Assembly (NCBI GenBank): GCA_963796955.1
Contig: CAWCNJ010000008.1
Coordinates: forward strand, 192,001 to 256,000
Direction: 5' to 3'
Origin: Endomicrobiales bacterium
Lineage (GTDB): Bacteria > Elusimicrobiota > Endomicrobiia > Endomicrobiales > JALOBY01
DNA length: 64,000 nt
The position numbers and the translations under genes were made by a program. Below the pieces are notes generated by a model. That model saw nothing but the letters and a program-made list of their open reading frames with translations, was not told the origin of the DNA and made no database searches. Shown here one piece after another: positions 39,828 to 49,856 of this stretch. Every line of letters starts with the position of its first letter. The first letter of the stretch is position 1.

Positions 39828-40379
39828 ATGAAATGGTCACTGCTGCTGTTATCTTGTCTGGTGTTGATGGGCGGCTGCGCGAGTCTCAGGGTTCGGCAGG
39901 ATTATGACACGACGGTGGATTTTACCCGGTTAAAGACTTACGACTGGATCCATCACGATATCAACAACGCCTCAGTGGACAACTCTTTGACCAACGACCG
40001 TATAAGGAAAGCAGCTGATAACGCCCTGAAAGTAATTGGATACGTAAAAAAGACCACCGGCACTGTCGATTTTCTTGTGGACTACGATTATAGTATTACC
40101 CGGGAATCGCAGACCGGTAACAGCACCAGTTTAGGTCTCGGCTTTTCAGGCGGTTTTGGCGGCGGCTTTGGGCTGGGTGTGGGGCAGAACATTGAGCAGG
40201 ATGAGACGGAAACCCTGGGTATCGCCGTGATAGATCCGGTAACGAACAAACTGATGTGGAGAGGCTTTGTGCAGCAGGGCTATGTCAGACATACCGACCC
40301 GAATAGAGCTGCCCGCGATATACGGAAAACCGTTGAAGAGATATTAACCAGATTCCCGCCGGTAAAAGGCCTTAAGTGA
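39828..40379 (+). CDS. DUF4136-family lipoprotein
   Basis: Lipobox GGC, DYD..VDF..LKTY.W, Gly-rich segment, D..TNKL.WRG, IL..FPP. Confidence 0.8.
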   Translation: MKWSLLLLSCLVLMGGCASLRVRQDYDTTVDFTRLKTYDWIHHDINNASVDNSLTNDRIRKAADNALKVIGYVKKTTGTVDFLVDYDYSITRESQTGNSTSLGLGFSGGFGGGFGLGVGQNIEQDETETLGIAVIDPVTNKLMWRGFVQQGYVRHTDPNRAARDIRKTVEEILTRFPPVKGLK

Positions 40380-40471
40380 TTTTTCATAGCTTTCACAAAT
40401 AATTCTCTCGATTTTCACCCTTATAATGTATTATACTAATAGTAGAAGAGCGCGACCAGGAGGCCCCGATC

Positions 40472-40846
40472 ATGAAATGTCCGAAATGCGAAGGCAAGAT
40501 GCAGGAAGTAGAACACCAGCACATTGAGATCGACCGCTGCAGCGAGTGCAACGGCATATGGTTCGATATACTGGAAGCTGAAGATCTGAAGAAATTAGCC
40601 GGCAGCGAAGTTATAGATATCGGGGATAAAAAGATTGGCAAACAGTTGAATGGTAATGACGATATCGCCTGCCCCAAATGTAACGTTAAAATGCTGCGGA
40701 TGGTGGACGCCAAACAACCGCACATCTGGTATGAAGCCTGCCCGGTCTGCTACGGCACTTTTTTTGACGCTGGAGAATTCATAGATTTCAAAAAACATAC
40801 GGTGTTGGACTTAATAAAAGATATATTCACTAAAGAACGCAAATAG
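40472..40846 (+). CDS. Tandem zf-TFIIB zinc-ribbon protein
   Basis: Two repeats of CPKC...C..C.G.(W/F)FD..E; SD AGGAGG. Confidence 0.85.
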   Translation: MKCPKCEGKMQEVEHQHIEIDRCSECNGIWFDILEAEDLKKLAGSEVIDIGDKKIGKQLNGNDDIACPKCNVKMLRMVDAKQPHIWYEACPVCYGTFFDAGEFIDFKKHTVLDLIKDIFTKERK

Positions 40847-40866
40847 AGACCGGCAGCGGGGTAAAA

Positions 40867-40895
40867 TTGACAACACCCGCCAAATTGGGTAAAAT
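40867..40895 (+). promoter_or_regulatory. Sigma70 promoter of the icd-ndk-ackA operon
   Basis: TTGACA (40867-40872), 17 nt, TAAAAT (40890-40895). Confidence 0.75.
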
Positions 40896-40980
40896 ACAGG
40901 TAATAACACTTTTCCAAGACAACGGCTTAACGTGTCTTGGGATTGTTATTTTATAGGTTTAAAAGGTTTAAGGAGCGACC

Positions 40981-42042
40981 ATGACTACCCACACTGTAAC
41001 TTTGATCCCCGGCGACGGGATAGGCCCGGAACTAACCAACGCAACGACCAGGGTCGTTGACGCTTCCGGAGCATCGATCCGCTGGGAAATAGCTGAAGCC
41101 GGCTCAGATGTGATGAGCAAATACGGCACGCCGCTGCCGGAAACAACACTACAATCTGTGCGCAAGAATAAGGTAGCGCTTAAAGGCCCCATAACGACGC
41201 CGATCGGCACTGGGTTTCGCTCTGTCAACGTTGCTATCCGTAAAGAGCTGGACCTGTATTGCTGCCTGCGCCCCTGCATAACCTATCCCGGCGTAAAATC
41301 GCGTTTCAAAGATATCGATCTGGTCGTGGTAAGGGAAAATACCGAAGACCTTTACGCGGGCGTAGAATGGCCTGCTGATGCCGATGAGTCCAAAAAAGTG
41401 ATCGAGCTTTCCAAAAACAAGATCCGCGAACACTCCGCCATATCCATTAAACCCATCTCCCGCTTTTGCACCGAACGCATAGTTAAATTCGCATTCGAAT
41501 ATGCCGTTGCCAAAGGCCGCAAGAAAGTTACCGCCGTTACGAAAGCCAATATAATGAAGTTCACGGACGGCTTGTTCTTTGAAGTAGCCCGTGAAGTCGC
41601 GAAGCGCTACGAAGGCAAGGTTGCCTACGAAGAGCGCCTGATAGACAACATGTGCATGCAACTGGTGCAAAAGCCCGAGCTGTACGATGTTATAGTGCTG
41701 CCCAACCTTTACGGAGACATCCTTTCAGACCTGTGTGCCGGCCTGGTCGGCGGCCTTGGCGTCGCGCCCGGCGCGAACCACGGCAGCGAGATAGCTGTCT
41801 TTGAAGCCGTGCACGGCTCCGCCCCGAAGTACGCGGGACAGAACAAGGCGAACCCTACGGCGCTGATATTGTCCGCGAAATTAATGCTGGAGCATCTGGG
41901 CGAAACAGCCGCCGCGGCAAAAATAGAGAAAGCCGTCTCAGAACTTATAGCCGAAGGCAAAGACGTAACGTATGACCTTGGCGGGACCTGTGGCACGAAA
42001 GAATATGCCGATGCCATTATCGCGCGTATGGCGAGGGGATAA
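40981..42042 (+). CDS. icd: Isocitrate/isopropylmalate dehydrogenase family, probably isocitrate dehydrogenase
   Basis: [16 protein letters not shown]...[39 protein letters not shown]. Confidence 0.85.
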   Translation: MTTHTVTLIPGDGIGPELTNATTRVVDASGASIRWEIAEAGSDVMSKYGTPLPETTLQSVRKNKVALKGPITTPIGTGFRSVNVAIRKELDLYCCLRPCITYPGVKSRFKDIDLVVVRENTEDLYAGVEWPADADESKKVIELSKNKIREHSAISIKPISRFCTERIVKFAFEYAVAKGRKKVTAVTKANIMKFTDGLFFEVAREVAKRYEGKVAYEERLIDNMCMQLVQKPELYDVIVLPNLYGDILSDLCAGLVGGLGVAPGANHGSEIAVFEAVHGSAPKYAGQNKANPTALILSAKLMLEHLGETAAAAKIEKAVSELIAEGKDVTYDLGGTCGTKEYADAIIARMARG

Positions 42043-42046
42043 CAAC

Positions 42047-42487
42047 ATGGAACGCACCTGCGTAATAGTTAAGCCCGACGGCGTCTGCAAGAACAACGCC
42101 GGCGCGGTCATTGCCCGGCTACAGCAGGACGGATTAAAGCTGCTCGCGATCAAAATGGAAAAACCAAGTCGCGGTAAAATAGAAGAGTTTTACGAAGTAC
42201 ACAAAGGCAAACACTTTTTCCCTGCACTGATAGATTTCATGGCATCGGCGCCATTGATAGTTACCGCGTGGGAAGGCAAAGGCGCCGTAAAGAAAGTGCG
42301 AGAAACAATAGGGGCAACGAACTCCCTTGAGGCGGCACCCGGCACGCTACGCAGGATGTACGGCACGGACGGCAGACGCAACCTGGTACATGCCTCGGAT
42401 TCACCGGAGAACGGTTTACGCGAGACCCGCTTTTTCTTTTCCGAAAGTGAGATCTTCGAATACGGTTGTGACGACTGGAACATATAA
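42047..42487 (+). CDS. ndk: Nucleoside diphosphate kinase
   Basis: ERT..IVKPDGV, APGTLR, RNLVHASDS. Confidence 0.95.
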   Translation: MERTCVIVKPDGVCKNNAGAVIARLQQDGLKLLAIKMEKPSRGKIEEFYEVHKGKHFFPALIDFMASAPLIVTAWEGKGAVKKVRETIGATNSLEAAPGTLRRMYGTDGRRNLVHASDSPENGLRETRFFFSESEIFEYGCDDWNI

Positions 42488-42496
42488 GGAAATATC

Positions 42497-43699
42497 ATGA
42501 AAGTATTGGTAATAAACAGCGGCTCATCTTCACTGAAATATACGCTCTATGAAACTGACGGTGAACAACGGCTTGCCAAGGGCCTTGTGGAATGCATCGG
42601 CCTGCCGGAAGCCTATTACAAACATCAGGTGGCGAAGAACGAAGAGATCAAGGAAAGCTGCATTGCTAAAAATCACGTAAACGCCCTCACACTCGTACTT
42701 AACAAACTAATGGACCCGGCAAGCAAACTAATAGCGAACCCCCAGGAGATCGGCTGCGTCGGTCACAGAGTAGTACACGGCGGCGAAAAATTCTCGAAAC
42801 CGGTCCTTATCAATGAAGAGGTTCTCAATGATATCAGGGCCTGCTCTATACTTGCCCCGCTGCATAACCCGCAGAACATTCAGGGCATAGAAGCCTGCCA
42901 ATCCCTGTTGCCAGGTGTTCCCCAGGTAGCCATATTCGATACGGCATTCCACCAGACCATACCGAATTTCGCCTTCCTCTACGCTCTACCGTACGCGATC
43001 TACGAGAAACAGAACATTCGCCGCTATGGTTTCCACGGCACTTCGCATGAATATGTCGCACAGCGCGCGGCAGCCATGCTGGGCCGGCCCTTTAACGAGC
43101 TGAAGCTCATCACCTGTCACCTGGGCAATGGCTGCAGCATAGCCGCTATTGAAAATGGGAAGTCGGTTGATACATCCATGGGGTTAACGCCTCTTGAAGG
43201 TCTGGTCATGGGTACCCGGTGCGGGGATGTGGACCCCGCCATCGTTATGCATTTAATAGAAAATGAGAAAATGACCAGCCCGGAAGTGAATACGCTGCTT
43301 AATAAGAAAAGCGGCCTCTACGGCCTTTCAGGCTTGACCAATGATATGCGCACAGTGCTGAACGCCGCCTCGGCTGGTTCTGAGCGGGCCAAGATAGCGG
43401 TGGAGGTATTCTGCTACAGAGCCAGGAAGTACATAGCCTCCTATCTGGGCGTGCTTAATGGCGCTGATGCAGTGATCTTTACTGCCGGTGTTGGCGAGAA
43501 TTGCCCTACGATACGCGAAAAGATAGTATTAAAGCTCAGCAACCTTGGGATAGAGCTGGACCCGGAGGCGAACATGGCACCTTTAACCGGTGAACGGACG
43601 ATATCGAAAGCCGGTTCCCGCGTGAAACTGCTGGTTATACCAACCAACGAAGAGCTGATGATCTCCCGCCAGGCTATAAACGTCTTGACAAATAAGTAG
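42497..43699 (+). CDS. ackA: Acetate kinase
   Basis: INSGSSSLK, GHRVVHGG, APLHN, RRYGFHGTSH, HLGNG, PTNEE. Confidence 0.96.
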   Translation: MKVLVINSGSSSLKYTLYETDGEQRLAKGLVECIGLPEAYYKHQVAKNEEIKESCIAKNHVNALTLVLNKLMDPASKLIANPQEIGCVGHRVVHGGEKFSKPVLINEEVLNDIRACSILAPLHNPQNIQGIEACQSLLPGVPQVAIFDTAFHQTIPNFAFLYALPYAIYEKQNIRRYGFHGTSHEYVAQRAAAMLGRPFNELKLITCHLGNGCSIAAIENGKSVDTSMGLTPLEGLVMGTRCGDVDPAIVMHLIENEKMTSPEVNTLLNKKSGLYGLSGLTNDMRTVLNAASAGSERAKIAVEVFCYRARKYIASYLGVLNGADAVIFTAGVGENCPTIREKIVLKLSNLGIELDPEANMAPLTGERTISKAGSRVKLLVIPTNEELMISRQAINVLTNK

Positions 43700-43712
43700 A
43701 TAATGGAATATA

Positions 43713-44168
43713 ATGAGCGAACTTAAAATACACACAGTCCTTCTGAAAAATGAAGGCAAAATTGAAAAAACAGTTGAAGGCTACCGCTGCGCGAGCATTG
43801 AAGATGTAGTCAAGGCTCAAAGTTTCACTATAAGCTATGAAGCCTCACTGGCCGGTGAAGAGTACCTGCTGCAGGGGAAAGTAAGCGGCACTATCTTATT
43901 GAACTGCGGTAAATGTCTCAAGGATTTTGAACTGTCTGTCAAAGATATATCTTTTGTACAGTCTTACGAGCTAACCACGGTAGAGATCGATGTCGATGAA
44001 GAGATACGACAGGCGATCGTATTGGGTATACCCCAGCATCCGGTATGCACCGAGCTGTGCAAAGGACTGTGCCCGATGTGCGGCACGGACTTGAATGTGA
44101 GAACATGCTGTTGTCATAAGGAAAAACAGACGGACGCGAGATGGGATAAGCTGAAAAAATTGTTGTAA
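43713..44168 (+). CDS. yceD: DUF177/YceD-family protein
   Basis: CGKC, C...CKGLCP.CG.DLN...C.C, D.RW.KL; upstream of rpmF. Confidence 0.88.
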   Translation: MSELKIHTVLLKNEGKIEKTVEGYRCASIEDVVKAQSFTISYEASLAGEEYLLQGKVSGTILLNCGKCLKDFELSVKDISFVQSYELTTVEIDVDEEIRQAIVLGIPQHPVCTELCKGLCPMCGTDLNVRTCCCHKEKQTDARWDKLKKLL

Positions 44169-44192
44169 AGCATCTATAAAGGAGCTCGACCA

Positions 44193-44423
44193 ATGCCAAA
44201 TCCCAAAAAGAAACATAGCCAAAGTCGCCGCGATTCACGCCGCGCAGCCAACTGGCGCGTAACAGCAGGTAACGCAAGCAAATGTCCCCAGTGCAGCGCA
44301 GCCCGCATGCCGCACCGTGTGTGCCCTTCCTGCGGTTTCTACAACGGCGAACTTATTGTCGCTAAGAAAGAAAAAAAATCCACCACCCCTGAACAGGGAC
44401 AAAACCCCGAGGCCTCTAAATAA
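44193..44423 (+). CDS. rpmF: 50S ribosomal protein L32 (Zn-ribbon type)
   Basis: PNPKKKHS.SRRD.RR, CPQC...PHRVCPSCGFY. Confidence 0.95.
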   Translation: MPNPKKKHSQSRRDSRRAANWRVTAGNASKCPQCSAARMPHRVCPSCGFYNGELIVAKKEKKSTTPEQGQNPEASK

Positions 44424-45434
44424 ATGCGCCTGGCCCTGGACGCAATGGGCGGCGATCATGCCCCGGCGGTCACCATTGCCGGTGCACTATTGGCCGCAAG
44501 AGAATTCTCCTATGATATAGTGCTTGTGGGTCCTGAAAAAATAATCAGGGAAGAACTCGCAAAGCATAAAAACATAGGAAGCCTGCCAATAACGGTCGTC
44601 AATGCCGATGAAGTTATCGGTATGGACGAAAATCCGGCGCTGGCGGTGCGGCAAAAGAAAAATTCTTCCATGGCAGTAGCCGCCAGAATGGTGGCGGACG
44701 GCAAGGCGGACGCTTTTGTTTCAGCGGGTAATTCCGGCGCTGCTATGGCCACGTCCCTTTTCACAATGGGCAGGATCCCGGGTGTAAGCCGGCCGGCTAT
44801 CACCACATTGTTCCCGACCCTCAGGGGTATGAGCGCGGTGCTGGACGTGGGTGCTAACGTGGATTGCAAACCGATGCATCTGCAGCAGTTCGCCATCATG
44901 GGGAAATTGTATTACAAAGATGTTTTTGGCGTTGAAAACCCGAAAGTGGGGCTGCTCTCCATAGGCGAGGAAGATTCTAAAGGCAATGAACTTTCTCTGG
45001 CGACCTTCGATCTGCTGAAAAAAACCAACGATCTGAATTTCATAGGCAACGTAGAAGGACGGGATATCCCGAAAGGCACGGCAGATGTCGTTATTTGCGA
45101 CGGCTTTGTCGGCAATATCGTGCTCAAACTTGCCGAGGGCATCGGCGAAATGATGTTTTCATTAATAAAGAACGGGATGAAGGCACACCCGTTCGCCTGG
45201 GCAGGCATTCCATTTCTCTGGGCCGCGCTGAAGGATATTAAAAAACGCGTGGATCCCAGCGAGTACGGCGGCGCGCCGCTGCTTGGGGTGGATGGTATTT
45301 GTATCATCGGTCACGGCGGTTCAAACGAAAAAGCGATCAAGAACGCCCTGCGCGCTGCTGCACGCGCCGCACAGGCAAAAGTACATATCGACATTGCCGA
45401 AGAAATAAAAAAATACGGGGTTATGGATAACTAA
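44424..45434 (+). CDS. plsX: Phosphate acyltransferase PlsX
   Basis: LDAMGGDHAP, SAGNSGA, DVGANVD, CDGFVGN, YGGAPLLG. Confidence 0.96.
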   Translation: MRLALDAMGGDHAPAVTIAGALLAAREFSYDIVLVGPEKIIREELAKHKNIGSLPITVVNADEVIGMDENPALAVRQKKNSSMAVAARMVADGKADAFVSAGNSGAAMATSLFTMGRIPGVSRPAITTLFPTLRGMSAVLDVGANVDCKPMHLQQFAIMGKLYYKDVFGVENPKVGLLSIGEEDSKGNELSLATFDLLKKTNDLNFIGNVEGRDIPKGTADVVICDGFVGNIVLKLAEGIGEMMFSLIKNGMKAHPFAWAGIPFLWAALKDIKKRVDPSEYGGAPLLGVDGICIIGHGGSNEKAIKNALRAAARAAQAKVHIDIAEEIKKYGVMDN

Positions 45435-45435
45435 C

Positions 45436-46422
45436 ATGGCTAATTACGGCGTAAAAATCCTGGGGACCGGCTCTTACGCCCCGGAAAAAATTTTAACGAA
45501 CGGTGATCTGGAAAAAATGGTCCAGACAACGGACGAATGGATAACCACCCGCACGGGTATTAAAGAAAGGCGCATCGCCAAAGACAGCGAAGCGACGTCC
45601 GATATCGCGATCCCTGCGGCCCTTGAAGCTATCAAGGAAGCCGGCATAACCGCGCAGGATATAGACCTTATTATGGTCGCGACCATAACCCCCGATATGA
45701 TATTTCCTTCAACCGCCTGTATGGTGCAGCGCGCGCTTGGCGCGGTGAACGCCGCATCCTTCGACCTGGCGGCCGCCTGCACCGGCTTTGTGTACGGCCT
45801 GAACATAGCCAGGGGCTTCATTGAAAGCGGTATATATAAGAACATATTATTAATAGGGGCGGAAACGCTTTCTAAAATAACCGATTGGCAGGACCGCAAC
45901 ACGTGCGTGCTTTTCGGTGACGGAGCCGGTGCTATGGTACTCGGCCGTAAAGAAGGCACTTCCGATATACTCTCGGTATTTCTTGGCTCCGACGGTAACT
46001 ACGAAAATCTGCTTAAGTTGCCGGCTGGCGGTTCGCGCATGCCCGCAACCGAAAAGACTATCGCTGAGCGGTTGCACTTCATGAAAATGGAAGGCAAGGA
46101 AGTTTTTAAAGTGGCGGTTACCAAAATGGCGCACGCTGCCGAGAAAGCGCTTGAGATAGCCGGCAAGAAACCCAATGACCTCGCTTTGATCATACCGCAC
46201 CAAGCGAACCTCCGTATCATAGACGCGATCGCCAAGCGCATGGAATTCCCCAAAGAGAAAGTTTGCATCACGCTTAATAAATACGGCAATGTCTCGGCCG
46301 CGACAACCATTGTTGCCCTTCATGAAGCCAGGAAGGAAGGCCGTGTCAAAGCAGGAGACCTGGTTGAGCTGGTGGCGTTCGGCGGCGGCTTCACCTGGGG
46401 TGCTGCGGTAATACAGCTATGA
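45436..46422 (+). CDS. fabH: 3-oxoacyl-ACP synthase III
   Basis: RTGIKERR, AACTGF, FGDGAGA, PHQAN.RI, GN.SAA, FGGGFTWG. Confidence 0.96.
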   Translation: MANYGVKILGTGSYAPEKILTNGDLEKMVQTTDEWITTRTGIKERRIAKDSEATSDIAIPAALEAIKEAGITAQDIDLIMVATITPDMIFPSTACMVQRALGAVNAASFDLAAACTGFVYGLNIARGFIESGIYKNILLIGAETLSKITDWQDRNTCVLFGDGAGAMVLGRKEGTSDILSVFLGSDGNYENLLKLPAGGSRMPATEKTIAERLHFMKMEGKEVFKVAVTKMAHAAEKALEIAGKKPNDLALIIPHQANLRIIDAIAKRMEFPKEKVCITLNKYGNVSAATTIVALHEARKEGRVKAGDLVELVAFGGGFTWGAAVIQL

Positions 46423-47369
46423 AAAAACTGGCATTCATGTTCCCGGGCCAGGGTGCCCAGACAGTTGGGATGGGAAAGGACCTTTACGATACGTATCCTG
46501 CCGCAAAAGAAGTATTTGATACGGCCAATGAAGTACTTGGCTTCGATCTGAAAAAGATCGTTTTTGAAGGCCCGGATGAAACGCTTAAGCTTACTCAATA
46601 TACACAACCGGCTATATTTACTACCAGTATAGCGGCATTCAAAGCATTCACGACTCTTTTTCCGCTTGATACCTGCGAATGCGCTTTTGCCGGCCATTCA
46701 CTGGGTGAATATTCAGCGTTGTGCGCTGGCGGCGCCTTCTCGCTTGAAGACGGATTGCGTATGGTAAAAGCCCGTGGGGAATACATTCAAAAAGCAGCGC
46801 TGGACAACCCTGGAACGATGGCGGCAATAATCGGTCTTGATAAACTAAAAGTTGAAGAAGTGTGCAAAAACGCAAATGTATCGGGCATTTGTGAACCAGT
46901 TAACTACAACTCACCGGAACAAATAGTTATAGCCGGTTCCGCGACAGGCATAGAAAAAGCCGTCGCTCTTGCCACTGAAGCCGGTGCCTCAAAAGCTATC
47001 ATTCTTAATGTTTCGGGTCCGTTCCACTCAAGCCTTATGAGTTCAGCTGCATTGTTGATGCGCACCGAACTCGCCAAATACACATTTAACGATATAACAT
47101 ATCCGGTGTATATGAACTGTGACGCGGCAAGGACAACTGCTGCTTCGGAGATCCCCGCGAAACTGGTCACACAGATAGATCACCCGGTACTTTGGGACAC
47201 GGCTGTCAGGAATATGACCGCAGGCGGAGCTGAAACCTTTATTGAAATAGGCCCCGGCAGGGTACTTTGCGGACTGATCAGGCGCATCGACAAAACCAGA
47301 AAGTTTTTGAACATAGAAGATTCTGTCAGCATGGGTAAGTGCATGGCAGCTCTTGGATCTCAGATTTAA
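46419..47369 (+). CDS. fabD: Malonyl-CoA:ACP transacylase
   Basis: FPGQGAQ, TQPAI, GHSLGEY, SGPFHS, EIGPG. Confidence 0.96.
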   Translation: MKKLAFMFPGQGAQTVGMGKDLYDTYPAAKEVFDTANEVLGFDLKKIVFEGPDETLKLTQYTQPAIFTTSIAAFKAFTTLFPLDTCECAFAGHSLGEYSALCAGGAFSLEDGLRMVKARGEYIQKAALDNPGTMAAIIGLDKLKVEEVCKNANVSGICEPVNYNSPEQIVIAGSATGIEKAVALATEAGASKAIILNVSGPFHSSLMSSAALLMRTELAKYTFNDITYPVYMNCDAARTTAASEIPAKLVTQIDHPVLWDTAVRNMTAGGAETFIEIGPGRVLCGLIRRIDKTRKFLNIEDSVSMGKCMAALGSQI

Positions 47370-47410
47370 AATTTCACATTTCAGATATACAACAAACACA
47401 GGAGATCAAT

Positions 47411-48154
47411 ATGAGACTCAAAGATCAAGTAGCTATAGTCACCGGCGGCGCGCAGGGAATAGGCCGTTCGGTTTCAGAGGCCCTTGCGAAAGAAGGGGCG
47501 AACATTGTCGTAAGCGACATTAACCTTGAGGCGGCGCAAAAAACGGCCGATGAGATAAAGGTCAAATATAATGTAGAGACCCTTGCTGTCGCCGGAAACG
47601 TCGCTATATTCGCTGATTGCGAAAATCTTGTGCAAAAGTCGCTTGACAAATTTTCTAAAATAAATATACTTATTAACAATGCCGGCATCACCAAGGACAA
47701 TCTGGTGTTGCGCATGAGCGAAGCGGAGTGGGACTCGGTGATCTCGGTAAACCTTAAAGGCGTGTTCAACTGCACCAAGGCCGCGAGCAAGTTTTTATTA
47801 AAACAACGGTCCGGACGGATAGTGAATATTGCATCAGTTGTGGGCCTTATGGGTAATGCGGGACAGGCAAATTATTCAGCATCAAAGGGCGGCGTAATAG
47901 CCCTTACCAAAACCTGCGCGCGCGAGTTTTCATCCAGAGGCGTGCTGGTAAATGCGGTGGCGCCCGGTTTTATACGCACTGCAATGACCGATAAGCTGAG
48001 TGATGAACAGAAGAATAAACTAGCAGAACAGATCCCGCTGGGCCGCCTGGGCGAACCTGAAGATGTTGCCAAGGCGTGCGTTTTTCTCTCCAGCGACGAA
48101 TCGTCTTACATAACCGGACTGGTGGTATCGGTGAACGGCGGCATGTACATGTAA
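47411..48154 (+). CDS. fabG: 3-oxoacyl-ACP reductase
   Basis: TGGAQGIG, NNAGITKD, NYSASK, APGFI.T.MT; SD AGGAG. Confidence 0.96.
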   Translation: MRLKDQVAIVTGGAQGIGRSVSEALAKEGANIVVSDINLEAAQKTADEIKVKYNVETLAVAGNVAIFADCENLVQKSLDKFSKINILINNAGITKDNLVLRMSEAEWDSVISVNLKGVFNCTKAASKFLLKQRSGRIVNIASVVGLMGNAGQANYSASKGGVIALTKTCAREFSSRGVLVNAVAPGFIRTAMTDKLSDEQKNKLAEQIPLGRLGEPEDVAKACVFLSSDESSYITGLVVSVNGGMYM

Positions 48155-48196
48155 GAAGTTTCGGTGAAAAGGGGCTGTTCGTTTTTTGCGGGCAGA

Positions 48197-48214
48197 TTGT
48201 GAAATTTTTAACAA
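48197..48214. promoter_or_regulatory. Rex-like operator upstream of acpP
   Basis: TTGTGAAATTTTTAACAA, one mismatch to TTGTGAA-N4-TTCACAA. Confidence 0.5.
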
Positions 48215-48276
48215 GAAATGAGCAACAGCAATAAACCGGCGGGTAGTTTACCGGTCAATACCAAGGAGGCAGTATC

Positions 48277-48513
48277 ATGGCAGACATCGAAGCCAGAGTA
48301 AAAGAGATCATAGTTGAGCAATTGGGCGTCGACCCGGCTGAAGTCGTTACCGGAGCTTCTTTCGTAAATGACCTCGGAGCCGATTCACTCGACACCGTTG
48401 AGCTTGTCATGGCGTTCGAAGAAGAGTTCGGCATTGAAATTCCCGACGAAGACGCTGAAAAGATCCAGTCGGTTGGGCACGCAGTAGACTACATTAAAAC
48501 CCACAAGAAATAG
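48277..48513 (+). CDS. acpP: Acyl carrier protein
   Basis: [29 protein letters not shown]. Confidence 0.97.
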   Translation: MADIEARVKEIIVEQLGVDPAEVVTGASFVNDLGADSLDTVELVMAFEEEFGIEIPDEDAEKIQSVGHAVDYIKTHKK

Positions 48514-48524
48514 TTCCGCAGGTA

Positions 48525-48592
48525 CCGGCGGTGGTATAACGAACAGAGGATACTCTTTGGAGGGATCTTCTGTTCGTTATCATTGTCGCCGG
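48525..48592 (+). other. Long intergenic RNA stem-loop between acpP and fabF
   Basis: 16-bp helix 48536-48551/48565-48580 (one G-U) plus outer CCGGCG/CGCCGG; no U tract. Confidence 0.7.
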
Positions 48593-48617
48593 CGCCGCGG
48601 CACAAACAGAGAGACCA

Positions 48618-49856
48618 ATGAGAAAGAAAATAGTCATCACCGGCATGGGAGTTGTTTCACCGATAGGTACAGGATTGGATGCTTTTCAGCAGGCTCTGCA
48701 TGAAGGCAAGTCCGGCGCGCACAAGATCGAATCGTTCGACGCCAGCGCTTTTTCTTCGCAAATATGTGCGGCCGTACGAGATTTCGTTCCCGAAAATTTT
48801 ATAGATAAGAAGAAAGCCCGCCGCATGGCGCGCTTTACGCAACTGGGCATGGCCGCCGCAAAAATGGCCATTGAAGACGCCGGTATAGATCTGTCAAAAC
48901 TTGACGCCACCCGTATCGGTGTTATCACCGGCACTGGTATCGGCGGCCTTGACGTTATAGAAGAAGAACACAAAGTGCTTCTGGAAAAAGGTCCTCGACG
49001 TGTAAGCCCTTTCCTTATACCCATGATAATTACGAATATGCTGCCGGGCGAGATAGCCATACAGCACGGTTTCCGCGGCCCCAATTATGCGGTTGCCAGC
49101 GCCTGCGCCTCTTCAAACCATGCTATTGGTGACGCACTGCGTCTGCTGCGTTACGGCGATGCCGACATGATGATAGTCGGCGGGGCGGAAGGCGCCATTA
49201 CACCGCTCGGACTGGGCGGTTTTTGCAGCATTAAAGCTCTCTCCACCCGTAATGACGACCCGGCGCACGCGTCGCGCCCGTTCGACAAGAACCGTGACGG
49301 TTTCCTGATGGGCGAGGGTGGCGGGATACTGGTGCTGGAGACTGAAGAACACGCGAAAAAGCGCGGAGCTAAAATATACGCCGAACTGGCAGGCTACGGT
49401 GCCTCTGACGACGCCTACCATATGACCGCCCCAAACCCTGAAGGTATAGCTGCGATTGACGCCTTTAAGCGCGCGATGGCGGATGCCGAAGTGACGATCA
49501 ATGATGTTGACTACATAAACGCTCACGGCACGTCGACAGAATTCAACGATAAGACGGAAACCTCCGCGATCAAGCAGCTGTTCGGCGAGCGCGCTTATAA
49601 GATACCCGTTTCCTCAACAAAGTCTATGACGGGCCATTTGCTGGGCGGCGCCGGAGCGGTGGAGCTTATTGCTACCGTGCTCTGTATGAACGCGGGCTTT
49701 ATACATCCGACAATAAATTATGAAACTCCGGACCCTGAGTGCGACCTTGACTATGTGCCGAACAAAGCGCGGGAACAAAAGTTCTCCTGCGCCATGTCGA
49801 ACTCGCTGGGTTTTGGCGGACATAACGCCACGATTATCGTTAAGAAATATGCCTAA
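48618..49856 (+). CDS. fabF: 3-oxoacyl-ACP synthase II
   Basis: VITGMG, SACAS, SRPFD..RDGF, NAHGTST, KSMTGHLLG, NSLGFGGHN. Confidence 0.97.
   Translation: MRKKIVITGMGVVSPIGTGLDAFQQALHEGKSGAHKIESFDASAFSSQICAAVRDFVPENFIDKKKARRMARFTQLGMAAAKMAIEDAGIDLSKLDATRIGVITGTGIGGLDVIEEEHKVLLEKGPRRVSPFLIPMIITNMLPGEIAIQHGFRGPNYAVASACASSNHAIGDALRLLRYGDADMMIVGGAEGAITPLGLGGFCSIKALSTRNDDPAHASRPFDKNRDGFLMGEGGGILVLETEEHAKKRGAKIYAELAGYGASDDAYHMTAPNPEGIAAIDAFKRAMADAEVTINDVDYINAHGTSTEFNDKTETSAIKQLFGERAYKIPVSSTKSMTGHLLGGAGAVELIATVLCMNAGFIHPTINYETPDPECDLDYVPNKAREQKFSCAMSNSLGFGGHNATIIVKKYA

Noticed and set aside
40381..40398. Third Rex-like site (TTTTCATAGCTTTCACAA)
   Set aside because: Only one good half-site, with three mismatches in the other.
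43685..43714. TTGACA-18-TATAAT promoter before yceD
   Set aside because: The -10 overlaps the yceD ATG and the -35 lies in ackA coding sequence; it cannot be assigned without TSS data.
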